A DNA stretch of 64,000 bases from Bdellovibrionales bacterium (GTDB lineage: Bacteria > Bdellovibrionota > Bdellovibrionia > Bdellovibrionales > UBA1609), in NCBI GenBank assembly GCA_027317865.1, contig DAHVQG010000011.1, positions 43,079 to 107,078 of the forward strand, in the 5' to 3' direction. Below are positions 1 to 8,966 of the stretch, in pieces. The notes beneath the pieces are model-generated. The model did no database searches and was not told where the DNA came from. It saw only the letters and a list, made by a program, of their open reading frames with translations. How positions within the stretch are numbered: position 1 is the first letter of the stretch; every line of letters starts with the position of its first letter. The position numbers were made by a program, and so were the translations under genes.

Positions 1-2
1 TA

Positions 3-242
3 TTCAACCGCAAGGTTATAAATCGAATTACCGGTCGTGTTTTAAGCGAAACGACAACAGGATGGTATTTTTTAAATAGTAGCACTGCTGACCTGATGGC
101 CAAAAGTCTATTCGACGAAAAGGCTGCCACAAATTTGACCTCATCAAAGACCGTGATCTGTACATATGAAAGGCAAACCAAAAAGCAAACCACAAGCAGT
201 CGTATAGCTAAAATATTGATGAAAGATTTGTTCGGTAATTAA
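3..242 (+). CDS. 3' end of a hypothetical protein (truncated by window start)
   Basis: Frame open from position 3 (FNRKVINRITG...DLFGN) to TAA at 240-242; converges on the antiporter stop. Confidence 0.5.
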   Translation, partial: FNRKVINRITGRVLSETTTGWYFLNSSTADLMAKSLFDEKAATNLTSSKTVICTYERQTKKQTTSSRIAKILMKDLFGN

Positions 243-286
243 GATTTCACTCACCCTACCGAAGCATTATTCAGATATCGGTCCGC

Positions 287-1507
287 CTAAGTCGCCACCG
301 CGGCGTGATCTCGTCCCATTATTTGGTCACCGACTATTCGTCGAAAAAGAGTGGGGGTGATAAAAGTGGTCAGCACTCCCATGAGAACCAAAACTGAAAA
401 AAGTCCTTCACTGATGAATCCGTGCTGAAGAGCAATGTTGGCGACAACTAATTCCATGACGCCACGGCCATTCATAATGATTCCGATACCAAGGGACTGC
501 GCACGTGAAAGCCCGACCCATTTACCTGCCAACCAACCAGCACCTATTTTCGAAAGTACTGCAGTGGCCAATACGGCGATAACTAAAAGTGCGCCCGGAA
601 GAGCGTGCAAGTTGCACTCGAGCCCTATGTAAACAAAAAATATAGGGGCCAAAAATCCCGAGCTTATGGATGACAGGCTCTGTTCAAGTTCGTCAAAGCG
701 GGACGCGAAAAAGAGTTTTTTATCAACTAACAAGGCTCCAAAGAATGCGCCGATAATAAAATGCGAACCGAGTAACTCGCTGACACTACCGAATGCCAAA
801 ACAAAGACGATCAACATGCCAAGCAAAGCTTCTTTACCGAAAACTTCGACGAGCTTTTCTGGAAACCATTGAATTTTGAGTCCGTAGGATTGAGCTTTTT
901 CTAAAATATAATTAACTGCGAGAATGAATGCGGCGAGGGCGAGCAGCTTGATGGATGAAACCTTCAGATAATAAAGAATTTGGTGGAAACTTGTTTTCTC
1001 AGGCAATTTTAAAATTATGCCTAAGGTAAACAAAGCGAGCACATCGTTCACGACGGCCGTCACAATGGCATATCGACCTATCGGGTGCTGTAGAAGGTCA
1101 AAAGACTTGAGAATTCGAATAGCCACCGGGAGCGCTGTAATGGATATACAAAGCGCCAGAAAAATTGTACGCATTCGGTCAAATCCAAAGACGACACCAA
1201 TGAGTAAGCCGCACACGAGGGGAAGCAAAAAACCAACAACGGCGATCACGATTCCCTTGCCAAAAAACGACCGGATCACCTCTTTGAATTGCATTTCAAG
1301 ACCAGCCGAAAGAATAATAAAGAACATCGCCAATTCAGAAATTCCGGATAGCGCAGCGGTCGGTTGGACGAGTTTAAAGCCACTAGGTCCGACAATAATC
1401 CCGGCAAGTATTTCGCCGAGTAACGCCGGCTGGTTAAATCGTTTAAATATTTCACCCAATATTCGCGCCGAAACAATAAGTAAGAGCAGTGTTGAGAGTA
1501 GTGACAT
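287..1507 (-). CDS. Cation:proton antiporter (CPA2/Na+/H+ exchanger family)
   Basis: About 12 hydrophobic segments; motifs QPALLGEILAGIIVGP, ITALPVAIRIL, AVVNDV, MNGRGVMELVV. Confidence 0.9.
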   Translation of the reverse strand: MSLLSTLLLLIVSARILGEIFKRFNQPALLGEILAGIIVGPSGFKLVQPTAALSGISELAMFFIILSAGLEMQFKEVIRSFFGKGIVIAVVGFLLPLVCGLLIGVVFGFDRMRTIFLALCISITALPVAIRILKSFDLLQHPIGRYAIVTAVVNDVLALFTLGIILKLPEKTSFHQILYYLKVSSIKLLALAAFILAVNYILEKAQSYGLKIQWFPEKLVEVFGKEALLGMLIVFVLAFGSVSELLGSHFIIGAFFGALLVDKKLFFASRFDELEQSLSSISSGFLAPIFFVYIGLECNLHALPGALLVIAVLATAVLSKIGAGWLAGKWVGLSRAQSLGIGIIMNGRGVMELVVANIALQHGFISEGLFSVLVLMGVLTTFITPTLFRRIVGDQIMGRDHAAVAT

Positions 1508-2127
1508 ATTAGTATATTAGCGGGCCAGAAAGGTTTGGCACAAATACTAGAGCGTCATTTAGGGTGCCACCATTTCAACGGTAAAAAAGGAGATTTAAAG
1601 TAATATTGAATCTAATTTTGTCCTGTTGTAGAGCCGATAGTTCCTTTATGTTTTATTTTCCATTATTCGATAGCACGTTTAGCTTATAATTCATCTTCGG
1701 CCGCTCTTTCATACTTCAACTTTGCCAATTGGACGGCGTATTGCGGATCTATAAAACTGAGTTCATTAAAAGCCCACGTTTTGTCACGATACTTTTTTGT
1801 CCGGATCTATTTTTTGAGTTCCATCGGTTGTCCCGCCTTTTTGTTAGTCGGACTTTTGCATTTTTCTTTCGACTTCACATGTCGAGCAACTTGTTCCGCG
1901 TTTCAGAAGAATATTCCTGATACTAGTCGCGACATGCCCTGCGATACTGACAGCTTTAACGGGTCCATTGACTCCGACGTCAACATATCGGCTGACATAA
2001 AGACCAACTGCAAAGATGACTCCCAAAATTAGATGCCAAATGTTGCAATGTTCTTTGGGATAGGACCAAAAAAAGCCAAACAACGCGATAAGCAAAAAGT
2101 GGACGGGTGTTTGCTTATTTGTGGGAA

Positions 2128-2204
2128 TGGCGCGTCCGGAGAGATTCGAACTCCCGACCACCTGGTTCGAAGCCAGGTACTCTATCCAACTGAGCTACGG
2201 ACGC
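2128..2204 (-). tRNA. tRNA-Arg, anticodon UCG, CCA encoded
   Basis: Reverse complement GCGTCCGTAGCTCAGTTGGATAGAGTACCTGGCTTCGAACCAGGTGGTCGGGAGTTCGAATCTCTCCGGACGCGCCA folds as a cloverleaf; anticodon loop CT-TCG-AA; T-loop GTTCGAA. Confidence 0.95.
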
Positions 2205-2229
2205 GCATGCGTAATAGTACGCGGGTATG

Positions 2230-2622
2230 CTACTTTGAGTGGCGAGCCGTGACAACAGTATGAATATTGCCGCGCACATTGAAGTCGCCTCGAACCTCAA
2301 TTTCGTGCGGGTCGAGCAGCGCCACAAGGTCGCCAAGAATATCGTTGGTGACATCCTCGTGAAAGACTTTTTTGTCACGAAACTGATTAATGTACAATTT
2401 TAAAGATTTGAGTTCGACGCACCAGCGATCCGGCACGTAGCGAATATAAATCGTCGCAAAATCCGGAAATCCAGACCGGGGGCAAATGCACGTGAACTCC
2501 GGGCAAGTAAACTCGACCTCATAACGCCGGACTTTCGTTCTATTCTCAAACCGCTCCAACCGGCTATTGGCAATCATGCGCTCGCCGTATAAAAGCTGTT
2601 TGCGGACTTTTCGAGACTTCAT
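2230..2622 (-). CDS. queF: 7-cyano-7-deazaguanine (preQ0) reductase, short type
   Basis: [27 protein letters not shown] and RGNI motifs. Confidence 0.93.
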   Translation of the reverse strand: MKSRKVRKQLLYGERMIANSRLERFENRTKVRRYEVEFTCPEFTCICPRSGFPDFATIYIRYVPDRWCVELKSLKLYINQFRDKKVFHEDVTNDILGDLVALLDPHEIEVRGDFNVRGNIHTVVTARHSK

Positions 2623-2770
2623 AATTCAATAACCGTTCGCCCAAAGCCTCATGTCTAACACTTGAGATGCCCAACCGAGGAGGATTCCCAACAAATGACA
2701 CGAGGCTTCTTGCCGTTCACTTCTTGTTTGAACATTGTTGGATCATCCGCTTAGATTTTAAAAAGAAAAT

Positions 2771-3340
2771 ATGCAAACAAAATCCTTACAATACTCATTA
2801 ATAGTAATCCTGATTCTTGGCCTTTCGGCGTTATTTTTGTTTGGATGCGCTAACCAAACTGTGGCCAGCGGTCCCTGCCAAGAACTCGATTGGTATGAAC
2901 TCGGCCGAGCCGACGGCGCCAAAGGTCTAGTCGCAGGTTCGCCCCGAACGGTTAAACCCATTTGTCCACAAACAAGTGTCGCCCAAAGTGAGGCGCTGTA
3001 TGAAAATGGCTACAACAGCACCATCTCCAACTTTTGTACCTATCACCAAGGCTTTGCCGCAGGTCTGACCAACGAACAAAAAAACGTAAATCGTTGCCCT
3101 AATCTTTTACGCAAATTTTATCTTAAAGGTTTTGCAAGCGGCCGCCGGTATGCACAGCTGCAGCAAAGCAAACGCCTTATTTCGACGCGCATAAGATCGC
3201 TCAATACTTATTTGAGCGACAAATCTATTGCGTTACCACGCCGGGCAATTCTTCATGGTCAGAAGATTCAGCTTGAACAGAAGATCCAAATGGTTCGGCG
3301 CGATATTGCCAGCATTCAAAAAGAGCGCGCTCTCAACTAG
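2771..3340 (+). CDS. DUF2799-like lipoprotein
   Basis: Lipobox LFGC; C..LDWYELG..DG..G and Y..GY..C pattern; C-terminal coiled coil. Confidence 0.7.
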   Translation: MQTKSLQYSLIVILILGLSALFLFGCANQTVASGPCQELDWYELGRADGAKGLVAGSPRTVKPICPQTSVAQSEALYENGYNSTISNFCTYHQGFAAGLTNEQKNVNRCPNLLRKFYLKGFASGRRYAQLQQSKRLISTRIRSLNTYLSDKSIALPRRAILHGQKIQLEQKIQMVRRDIASIQKERALN

Positions 3341-3354
3341 TATATAGTTATTGA

Positions 3355-4107
3355 TTAACGAAAATATTGTTCGGCACCGTCGAGGGTGCGTAAGTAATAG
3401 TGCGCGCGCACAGCCAATTTTTCTTCCAATGAAAGATCGCCGCAACCCGTTTCGGCGCGTGCGCGAGCTTGATAGACAATTTGAAATGTTAACGCCGCGG
3501 CAACCGAAATATTAAAGCTCTGCGCGAATCCGTGCATCGAAAGTTTAAAGCAGCCGTCAACCATTTCACGCGCTTCACTTGTGATACCGTCCCGTTCGTT
3601 GCCAAAGACGACGGCAACCTTAGGCGAATTAAAAATCTTTTGCGCGTCAACATTCACCCCGTCGATCACAGTTGCCGCTTGCAAATCGGCCGCATAAATT
3701 CTAAAGCCGGCCGAGCGTAAACCCGCCAAACAACTTTGAGTTGATGAATGACGGTGAATATCCAGCCATTTTTCACTCCCACGAGAAATACGGTCGGACA
3801 TTTTGTACTTGGCACCCGGCCGTTCGATAATATGAAACGGCAAAAAACCAAAACTCTCAGCCGAGCGCATAACGGCTGAGATATTCCCGATATCGTAGAG
3901 GTGTTCTACCACCGTGGCGACGCGAAAAGTTCGTTGATTTATAACGGCATCGATGCGCGCTTTGCGCTCGTCTGTCAGATGCGGAGCAAGCGTTTGCACG
4001 ACTTCACTGGAGTTAATCGTGCGATCCGCGACATGAAACACCGAATTGCCTTCGATTTGCCACTTCGACGCTGTCTCAAAAAATTTCATGCTAATTGGTT
4101 CATCCAA
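3355..4107 (-). CDS. TrmH/SpoU-family tRNA/rRNA 2'-O-methyltransferase
   Basis: GNISAVMRSAESFG, VFGNERDGI, QSFNISVAAA SPOUT motifs. Confidence 0.9.
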   Translation of the reverse strand: MDEPISMKFFETASKWQIEGNSVFHVADRTINSSEVVQTLAPHLTDERKARIDAVINQRTFRVATVVEHLYDIGNISAVMRSAESFGFLPFHIIERPGAKYKMSDRISRGSEKWLDIHRHSSTQSCLAGLRSAGFRIYAADLQAATVIDGVNVDAQKIFNSPKVAVVFGNERDGITSEAREMVDGCFKLSMHGFAQSFNISVAAALTFQIVYQARARAETGCGDLSLEEKLAVRAHYYLRTLDGAEQYFR

Positions 4108-4113
4108 TAAATT

Positions 4114-4977
4114 TCAATCTTTCAAAAAGGCGCCGATATTTTCGAGCTGAAAATTGGGTAGCGCAAACGCCCCTCGATGTACCTCTGGGTTGTAATATCG
4201 AAACTGCAATTTCGAATTCACCACGCGGGATTCGTCAAAATCCCGAATGGGATGCCATTTTTTCGAAGCAAAGCTGAACGACCAGTACCCGCCGGGATAA
4301 GTCAAATTCGTAAAATTCAAATACCGCACAATCGGAAACAATTCGCTTAAAACTTGCGACATCGTCCGTTGCATCGCCGAATTGTAAAATGGCGATTCGG
4401 CCTGGCTCACTACAATCCCGCCGTCGTTCAGGCGCGCATAAACATTTCGGTAGAACTCCGAATTAAAAAGCGGGGCAGCCGGGCCGATTGGGTCAGTTGA
4501 GTCAACGATGATCACATCATAGAAGTCCGGCGTTTCACGCATGTATCGAACTCCGTCGTCTATATGCAATGAAAAACGCGAGTTCTCTTTCATGCCTACC
4601 GCGGTCACGGGTAAAAATTCACGGCACGCTTCAACAACGACCTCGTCAATTTCGACCATATCGCACTTCTCAACCTGCGAGTGCCGTAAAACTTCTCGGG
4701 CCGCCCCCCCGTCGCCACCGCCGATAATAAGAACCCGGCGCGGATTCGGATGTGTAAACAGCGCGGGATGAACAATCATATCGTGATAGACAAATTCGTC
4801 GCGCTCAGTAAGCATAACGAGATCGTCGTTCAGAAGCATGCGCCCGTGGCCCTTCGTCTCTACCACTTCCACTTTCTGAAACCGGCTTTGTTTACAAAAA
4901 AGCGACCGCTCGATCTCGTATCGAACAGCAAAAAAATTCTCGGAATTTTTCTCTTCAACAAAATCCGCGCTCATCAA
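4114..4977 (-). CDS. speE: Spermidine synthase (polyamine aminopropyltransferase)
   Basis: DEFVYHDM, VLIIGGGDGG, VEIDE, DVIIVDSTDP, TYPGGYWSF. Confidence 0.95.
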   Translation of the reverse strand: MMSADFVEEKNSENFFAVRYEIERSLFCKQSRFQKVEVVETKGHGRMLLNDDLVMLTERDEFVYHDMIVHPALFTHPNPRRVLIIGGGDGGAAREVLRHSQVEKCDMVEIDEVVVEACREFLPVTAVGMKENSRFSLHIDDGVRYMRETPDFYDVIIVDSTDPIGPAAPLFNSEFYRNVYARLNDGGIVVSQAESPFYNSAMQRTMSQVLSELFPIVRYLNFTNLTYPGGYWSFSFASKKWHPIRDFDESRVVNSKLQFRYYNPEVHRGAFALPNFQLENIGAFLKD

Positions 4978-4988
4978 TCAGACACTCC

Positions 4989-5933
4989 TCACTCAAGCTC
5001 TAATAGACACGCGTTTGTTTCAACCGTATCTTTCGCCGAGTGATGCGAATAATAAACATTAAACCCGCAGGCAAGTTTTTCGCGAACGGCACCTCGTAAA
5101 ACATAACCGCGAACATCGAAAATCTCACGCTCTGACGCCGAATCAAAATAGACGACATCAAATGCGCGCGGCTGAAACACTTCCACAACAGCACCAACGG
5201 TTTTTTCAATATCTCGCCGCGAATTCAAATTGGTTTCAAAACTTACATACGGGCTTTCATCTTGAGGTGTAACATGAATCGTATAATAGCGATCTCGATT
5301 CAAAGCATTGAGCGAATAACCGATCGGCGAAAAAGCATGGTCATCAATTTCAAAACCCGAAAAAATCCGATCGACACCGGTTTGAGCCCGAATCCATTTT
5401 GTATCCCGGTTTTGCGAATTAAAAACTTCTCGGGCGTGCCCTTGCAATCCGTACATTAAAATTTCAAGGGTCGTGTCCGATTTTCGCGGTTGAAATTCGC
5501 GGTCAGAATGAAATAAAAACAGGTGATGATCGTCCGCATGCCCCAATCTATAGGCGCGTCCGCCGACCATTGTATTTAATTTCTTTGCGTCACTGAAAAA
5601 ATCGGTTTTTTGAAAATGCGGAAAATATTCGTTTTTGCGTTCGTAAAATACAGCCGCAATTTCGTCGTTACGTAAATATTCACATGCCTTTACAGCTGAA
5701 TCGACAAGCGTAGTTGTACCACAAGTGATCATTGTTAAACGGTCATTCCAAACAAAAAGAGAGGATTCGGATAAAAGATACGCGCGCGCCGAGTTTGAAA
5801 TTTCAATCTTCGATAAAATCCGTGTGCCCGCCGTTTCGATTAAATTGAGCCATCTCGATTCAGGCCAATCGAGGAGATTGACGGAACGATTCACAACAAT
5901 TTCGAGTTTCTTTTCACTGCCCTCGAAAATCAT
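4989..5933 (-). CDS. speD: S-adenosylmethionine decarboxylase proenzyme, long eukaryote-like type
   Basis: FEGSEKKLE, YLLSESSLFV (self-cleavage E/S), TCGTT, GYSLN, TIHVTP, YVSFET; directly upstream of speE. Confidence 0.88.
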   Translation of the reverse strand: MIFEGSEKKLEIVVNRSVNLLDWPESRWLNLIETAGTRILSKIEISNSARAYLLSESSLFVWNDRLTMITCGTTTLVDSAVKACEYLRNDEIAAVFYERKNEYFPHFQKTDFFSDAKKLNTMVGGRAYRLGHADDHHLFLFHSDREFQPRKSDTTLEILMYGLQGHAREVFNSQNRDTKWIRAQTGVDRIFSGFEIDDHAFSPIGYSLNALNRDRYYTIHVTPQDESPYVSFETNLNSRRDIEKTVGAVVEVFQPRAFDVVYFDSASEREIFDVRGYVLRGAVREKLACGFNVYYSHHSAKDTVETNACLLELE

Positions 5934-7153
5934 TGCAACACTTCGCCCATGCGACCCAGATCATTGGTGATATTTTTTTGATGCGCTTCGAGGGTTCCGC
6001 CACCGATTTCTAATAGTTTTGAATCGCGCCACAATCGTTCAACGACGTATTCGCCGACGTACCCGTAACCGCCAAGAACTTGTATCGCGCGATCGGCAAT
6101 ATTCTTCGCCGTTGTCGACGCCACAATTTTTACGCCATCAGTGTCAAGGCGTTGGCCGGCGTGGTCGAGCCGCATTAATCGTGCGGTATTGTAAACGTAG
6201 CTTCGGGCGGCCATGTACTCGGCATAACTTTCACCGATGTATTTTTGAATTTGACCAAAATCAGCTAACGGATGCCCGAATGCCTCGCGTTCACGCGCGT
6301 ATTTGTTCATGATTTGAAGTGCGCGTTTGGCAATCCCCAAGCTCATCGCCGCCAGTGTCACTCGCTCGATTTCAAGATTCTTCATCATATGCAGGAGCGA
6401 CTCCCCTTCATTGCCGACAAGCGCGTTCGCTGGCACGTGGCAATCGGCAAAAACGAGTTCTGCCGTATTTGATCCACGCATGCCATTTTTGTCTTTAATC
6501 TTCTGCCCAACCGAATAACCTGAGTGAGTTCGCTCAACTAGAAATGTCGAAATCGTCGGACGCCCGTTTTTTTCACCCGTTCGCGCGTACAATAAGCAAC
6601 AATCCGCAGGAGTGCGCTTGTCGTCAATTGCACCATTTGTGATCCACATTTTTCGGCCGTTAATAATGTAGCCGCCATCCGGTTGCCGAACGGCAGTGGT
6701 CTTCATTCCAAGAACGTCTGTGCCAACGTGCGGCTCGGACATCGCCATGCAGCCCACCCATTCGCCGGAACAAAGTTTGGGCAAAATTCGCAACTTCATT
6801 TCTTCGCTGGCGTTTTGAGCCACATTATTTGCACACAGCATGGAATGAGCTAAATACGCGAGGCAAAAACCCGGGTCCGACCACGATATTTCTTCATGCG
6901 CGATCACCGCAGCCACAGGATCTAAACCGGCGCCCCCATACTGTTCGGCAACTGTTATACCAAGAAGCCCTAAACCGCCCAATTTTCGAAACAATGACAA
7001 ATTAAACACTTCTTGGCGGTCATGCTCTAGAGCCTGCGGTTCAACCTCGGCCTTTACAAATTCTCGTACTGTAGAGCGAAGCATTTTGTGCTCTTCGCTA
7101 GGGTTGAACAAATCAAATTGTTGCCACAGTTCCGCCGACATATTGACCGCCAT
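5930..7153 (-). CDS. Acyl-CoA dehydrogenase (isovaleryl-CoA dehydrogenase-like)
   Basis: AMSEP..G.D, NGRKMWITNG, GGYGY..EY.VERLWRD.KLLEIGGGT; start trimmed to ATG 7153 behind a GGGGAG SD (the track's N-terminal extension overlaps iscS). Confidence 0.9.
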   Translation of the reverse strand: MAVNMSAELWQQFDLFNPSEEHKMLRSTVREFVKAEVEPQALEHDRQEVFNLSLFRKLGGLGLLGITVAEQYGGAGLDPVAAVIAHEEISWSDPGFCLAYLAHSMLCANNVAQNASEEMKLRILPKLCSGEWVGCMAMSEPHVGTDVLGMKTTAVRQPDGGYIINGRKMWITNGAIDDKRTPADCCLLYARTGEKNGRPTISTFLVERTHSGYSVGQKIKDKNGMRGSNTAELVFADCHVPANALVGNEGESLLHMMKNLEIERVTLAAMSLGIAKRALQIMNKYAREREAFGHPLADFGQIQKYIGESYAEYMAARSYVYNTARLMRLDHAGQRLDTDGVKIVASTTAKNIADRAIQVLGGYGYVGEYVVERLWRDSKLLEIGGGTLEAHQKNITNDLGRMGEVLQ

Positions 7154-7269
7154 CGCTGTAAAAACTCCCCTATCTTTTTGCCGCGTTTTACATGGTTTTT
7201 TAAGCTGTCTCGACAATACCGCTGGTTTGAGCTTAAGATCAACCCTCATCAAACTTTGGGACTTAAAAA

Positions 7270-8448
7270 ATGCAATTGAATCGCCCTGCGTATCTTGATT
7301 ACAACGCCACGACTCCGCTTGACCCAGCCGTCGTCGAAGCAATGATGCCTTTTTTTCGTGAATCTTTTGGCAACCCCTCTTCGGGGACGCACAGTTACGG
7401 CTGGGATGCCAAAATAGCTGTTGAAAATGCGCGTACCGCCGCCGCCCGCATGATCGGCGCAATTGATGTCCATTCCATTATTTGGACGAGCGGCGCAACT
7501 GAAAGTAATAACCTCGCGATTCAAGGAATTCTAAATCCCTTTATTGCAAAAAACGAACGCGCCCACTTCATCACCACGCAAACGGAACACAAGGCGGTTC
7601 TCGATGTGGCTAGATATCTTGAACGCCATCACGAAAAAGACGGTCTCGAGGTCACGTACATCAAACCCGATTCTTACGGCCAAGTCTCGGTCGAATCTGT
7701 TTGCTCCGCTATTCGGCCCCACACCCGGCTCATTTCGATCATTCACGCCAACAACGAAATCGGCACAGTGAATCCGGTTGCGGCCATCGCAGCCGAGGCG
7801 CGAAAAAGAAATATTATGTTACACGTAGACGCCGCTCAGTCAGCTGGTAAGATACCTCTCAATGTCGAAAAATATGGTATCGATTTATTGTCCGTTTCAG
7901 GACATAAAATCTACGGCCCGAAAGGCGTCGGTTTTCTTTATGCGCATCCTTCAGTATTAAAATCGGGTCGCCTCTCACCACTATTTTTTGGCGGCTCGCA
8001 AGAACGCGGTTTACGTCCGGGCACGCTCAATGTCGCTGGTATCGTGGGCCTTGGCCGCGCCTGCGAACTTTGCTATTCAACGATGCCCAGTGAATCCGCT
8101 CGCCTGTGTCAAATGAGGGACAAATTCATCGCTGAAGTTTTGCAAAGTGTACCCTCAGTTCAGCTCAATGGGCACCCGACCGAACGGGTGTATTCAAATA
8201 TTAGTTTGTCGTTTAAGGGCCTTTCGTCAGATGTATTCGCTTCTTTGGGAGTGTCGCAGATTGCGGTAAGCTCCGGCTCGGCCTGTTCAACCGGCGAACC
8301 ATCGCACGTTTTGGCCGCGATAGGGCTACCCGAAGACCTCGCTCGCGCGACTTTACGCATCGGAATTGGCCGCTTTACCACTCCCCAAGATCTCGACGTG
8401 GCACTCGCTCAGATTCAAGTATTGGCCAGGCATCTTGAAAACGTTTAA
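7270..8448 (+). CDS. iscS: Cysteine desulfurase
   Basis: YLDYNATTP, GNPSS, TSGATESNN, HVDAAQ, SGHKIYGPKG, SSGSAC. Confidence 0.93.
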   Translation: MQLNRPAYLDYNATTPLDPAVVEAMMPFFRESFGNPSSGTHSYGWDAKIAVENARTAAARMIGAIDVHSIIWTSGATESNNLAIQGILNPFIAKNERAHFITTQTEHKAVLDVARYLERHHEKDGLEVTYIKPDSYGQVSVESVCSAIRPHTRLISIIHANNEIGTVNPVAAIAAEARKRNIMLHVDAAQSAGKIPLNVEKYGIDLLSVSGHKIYGPKGVGFLYAHPSVLKSGRLSPLFFGGSQERGLRPGTLNVAGIVGLGRACELCYSTMPSESARLCQMRDKFIAEVLQSVPSVQLNGHPTERVYSNISLSFKGLSSDVFASLGVSQIAVSSGSACSTGEPSHVLAAIGLPEDLARATLRIGIGRFTTPQDLDVALAQIQVLARHLENV

Positions 8449-8514
8449 TTTTACTAATTTTTCAAATCTACACAGGGACTTTTGCTGTTGCCAACCTTGT
8501 GTTATTATACGTCT

Positions 8515-8841
8515 ATGATTCAAGTTACGGAATCCGCAGCTAAAAAAATTGCAACGTTGCGAAGCGAAGACAACGCCGCTCCTGGAGCCATGCTGCGCGT
8601 TCGCGTGAAACGCGGCGGATGTTCGGGGTTCTCGTACAAAATGGAATTTGACGGTAACACTTCTGAACACGATCAAGTTTTTGAGTCAAACGGCGCCAAG
8701 ATTGTCGTCGACGATCAAAGCCTTCTTTATCTCATCGGCATGACCCTTGACTACGAAGGCGGCCTCAACGGTAAAGGTTTTATTTTTCAAAATCCCAACG
8801 CAACCAAATCATGTGGTTGCGGTTCAAGTTTCGCCGTTTAA
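8515..8841 (+). CDS. iscA: Fe-S cluster assembly accessory protein (IscA/HesB)
   Basis: GGCSGFSY and NPNATKSCGCGSSF; start trimmed to MIQVT. Confidence 0.93.
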   Translation: MIQVTESAAKKIATLRSEDNAAPGAMLRVRVKRGGCSGFSYKMEFDGNTSEHDQVFESNGAKIVVDDQSLLYLIGMTLDYEGGLNGKGFIFQNPNATKSCGCGSSFAV

Positions 8842-8842
8842 G

Positions 8843-8868
8843 CTGTTCTATTTATTTTCATAGAACAG
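8843..8868 (+). terminator. Hairpin after iscA (possible terminator)
   Basis: CTGTTCTAT-N8-ATAGAACAG inverted repeat right after the stop; no clear U-tract on +. Confidence 0.4.
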
Positions 8869-8938
8869 AAAATGCTTTGAAAGCTCCTATTTTTCTCAAA
8901 ATGAAACAAAGAATCTCAGTTTGATTCACGACCTTAGT

Positions 8939-8965
8939 TAAGCGTTTTTAAACTTAAGTCGATAA
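8939..8965 (+). promoter_or_regulatory. Putative sigma28 (FliA)-type promoter
   Basis: TAAG-N15-GTCGATAA versus consensus TAAA-N15-GCCGATAA, directly before the GLUG-repeat gene. Confidence 0.5.
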
Positions 8966-8966
8966 G

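Noticed and set aside
1844-2161. 105-aa ORF (also 2033..2263 and 2115..2378)
   Set aside because: These overlap the tRNA and its downstream hairpin; a shorter membrane ORF ending at 1844 is possible but has no convincing start or SD
2230-2622. queF as part of a 7-deazaguanine DNA-modification (dpd) island
   Set aside because: No dpdA/tgt-like, queC/D/E or folE neighbours; the context (tRNA, TrmH) fits ordinary queuosine synthesis
7154-7462. N-terminal 100-aa extension of the acyl-CoA dehydrogenase in the ORF track
   Set aside because: It overlaps the divergent iscS; a good SD precedes ATG 7153
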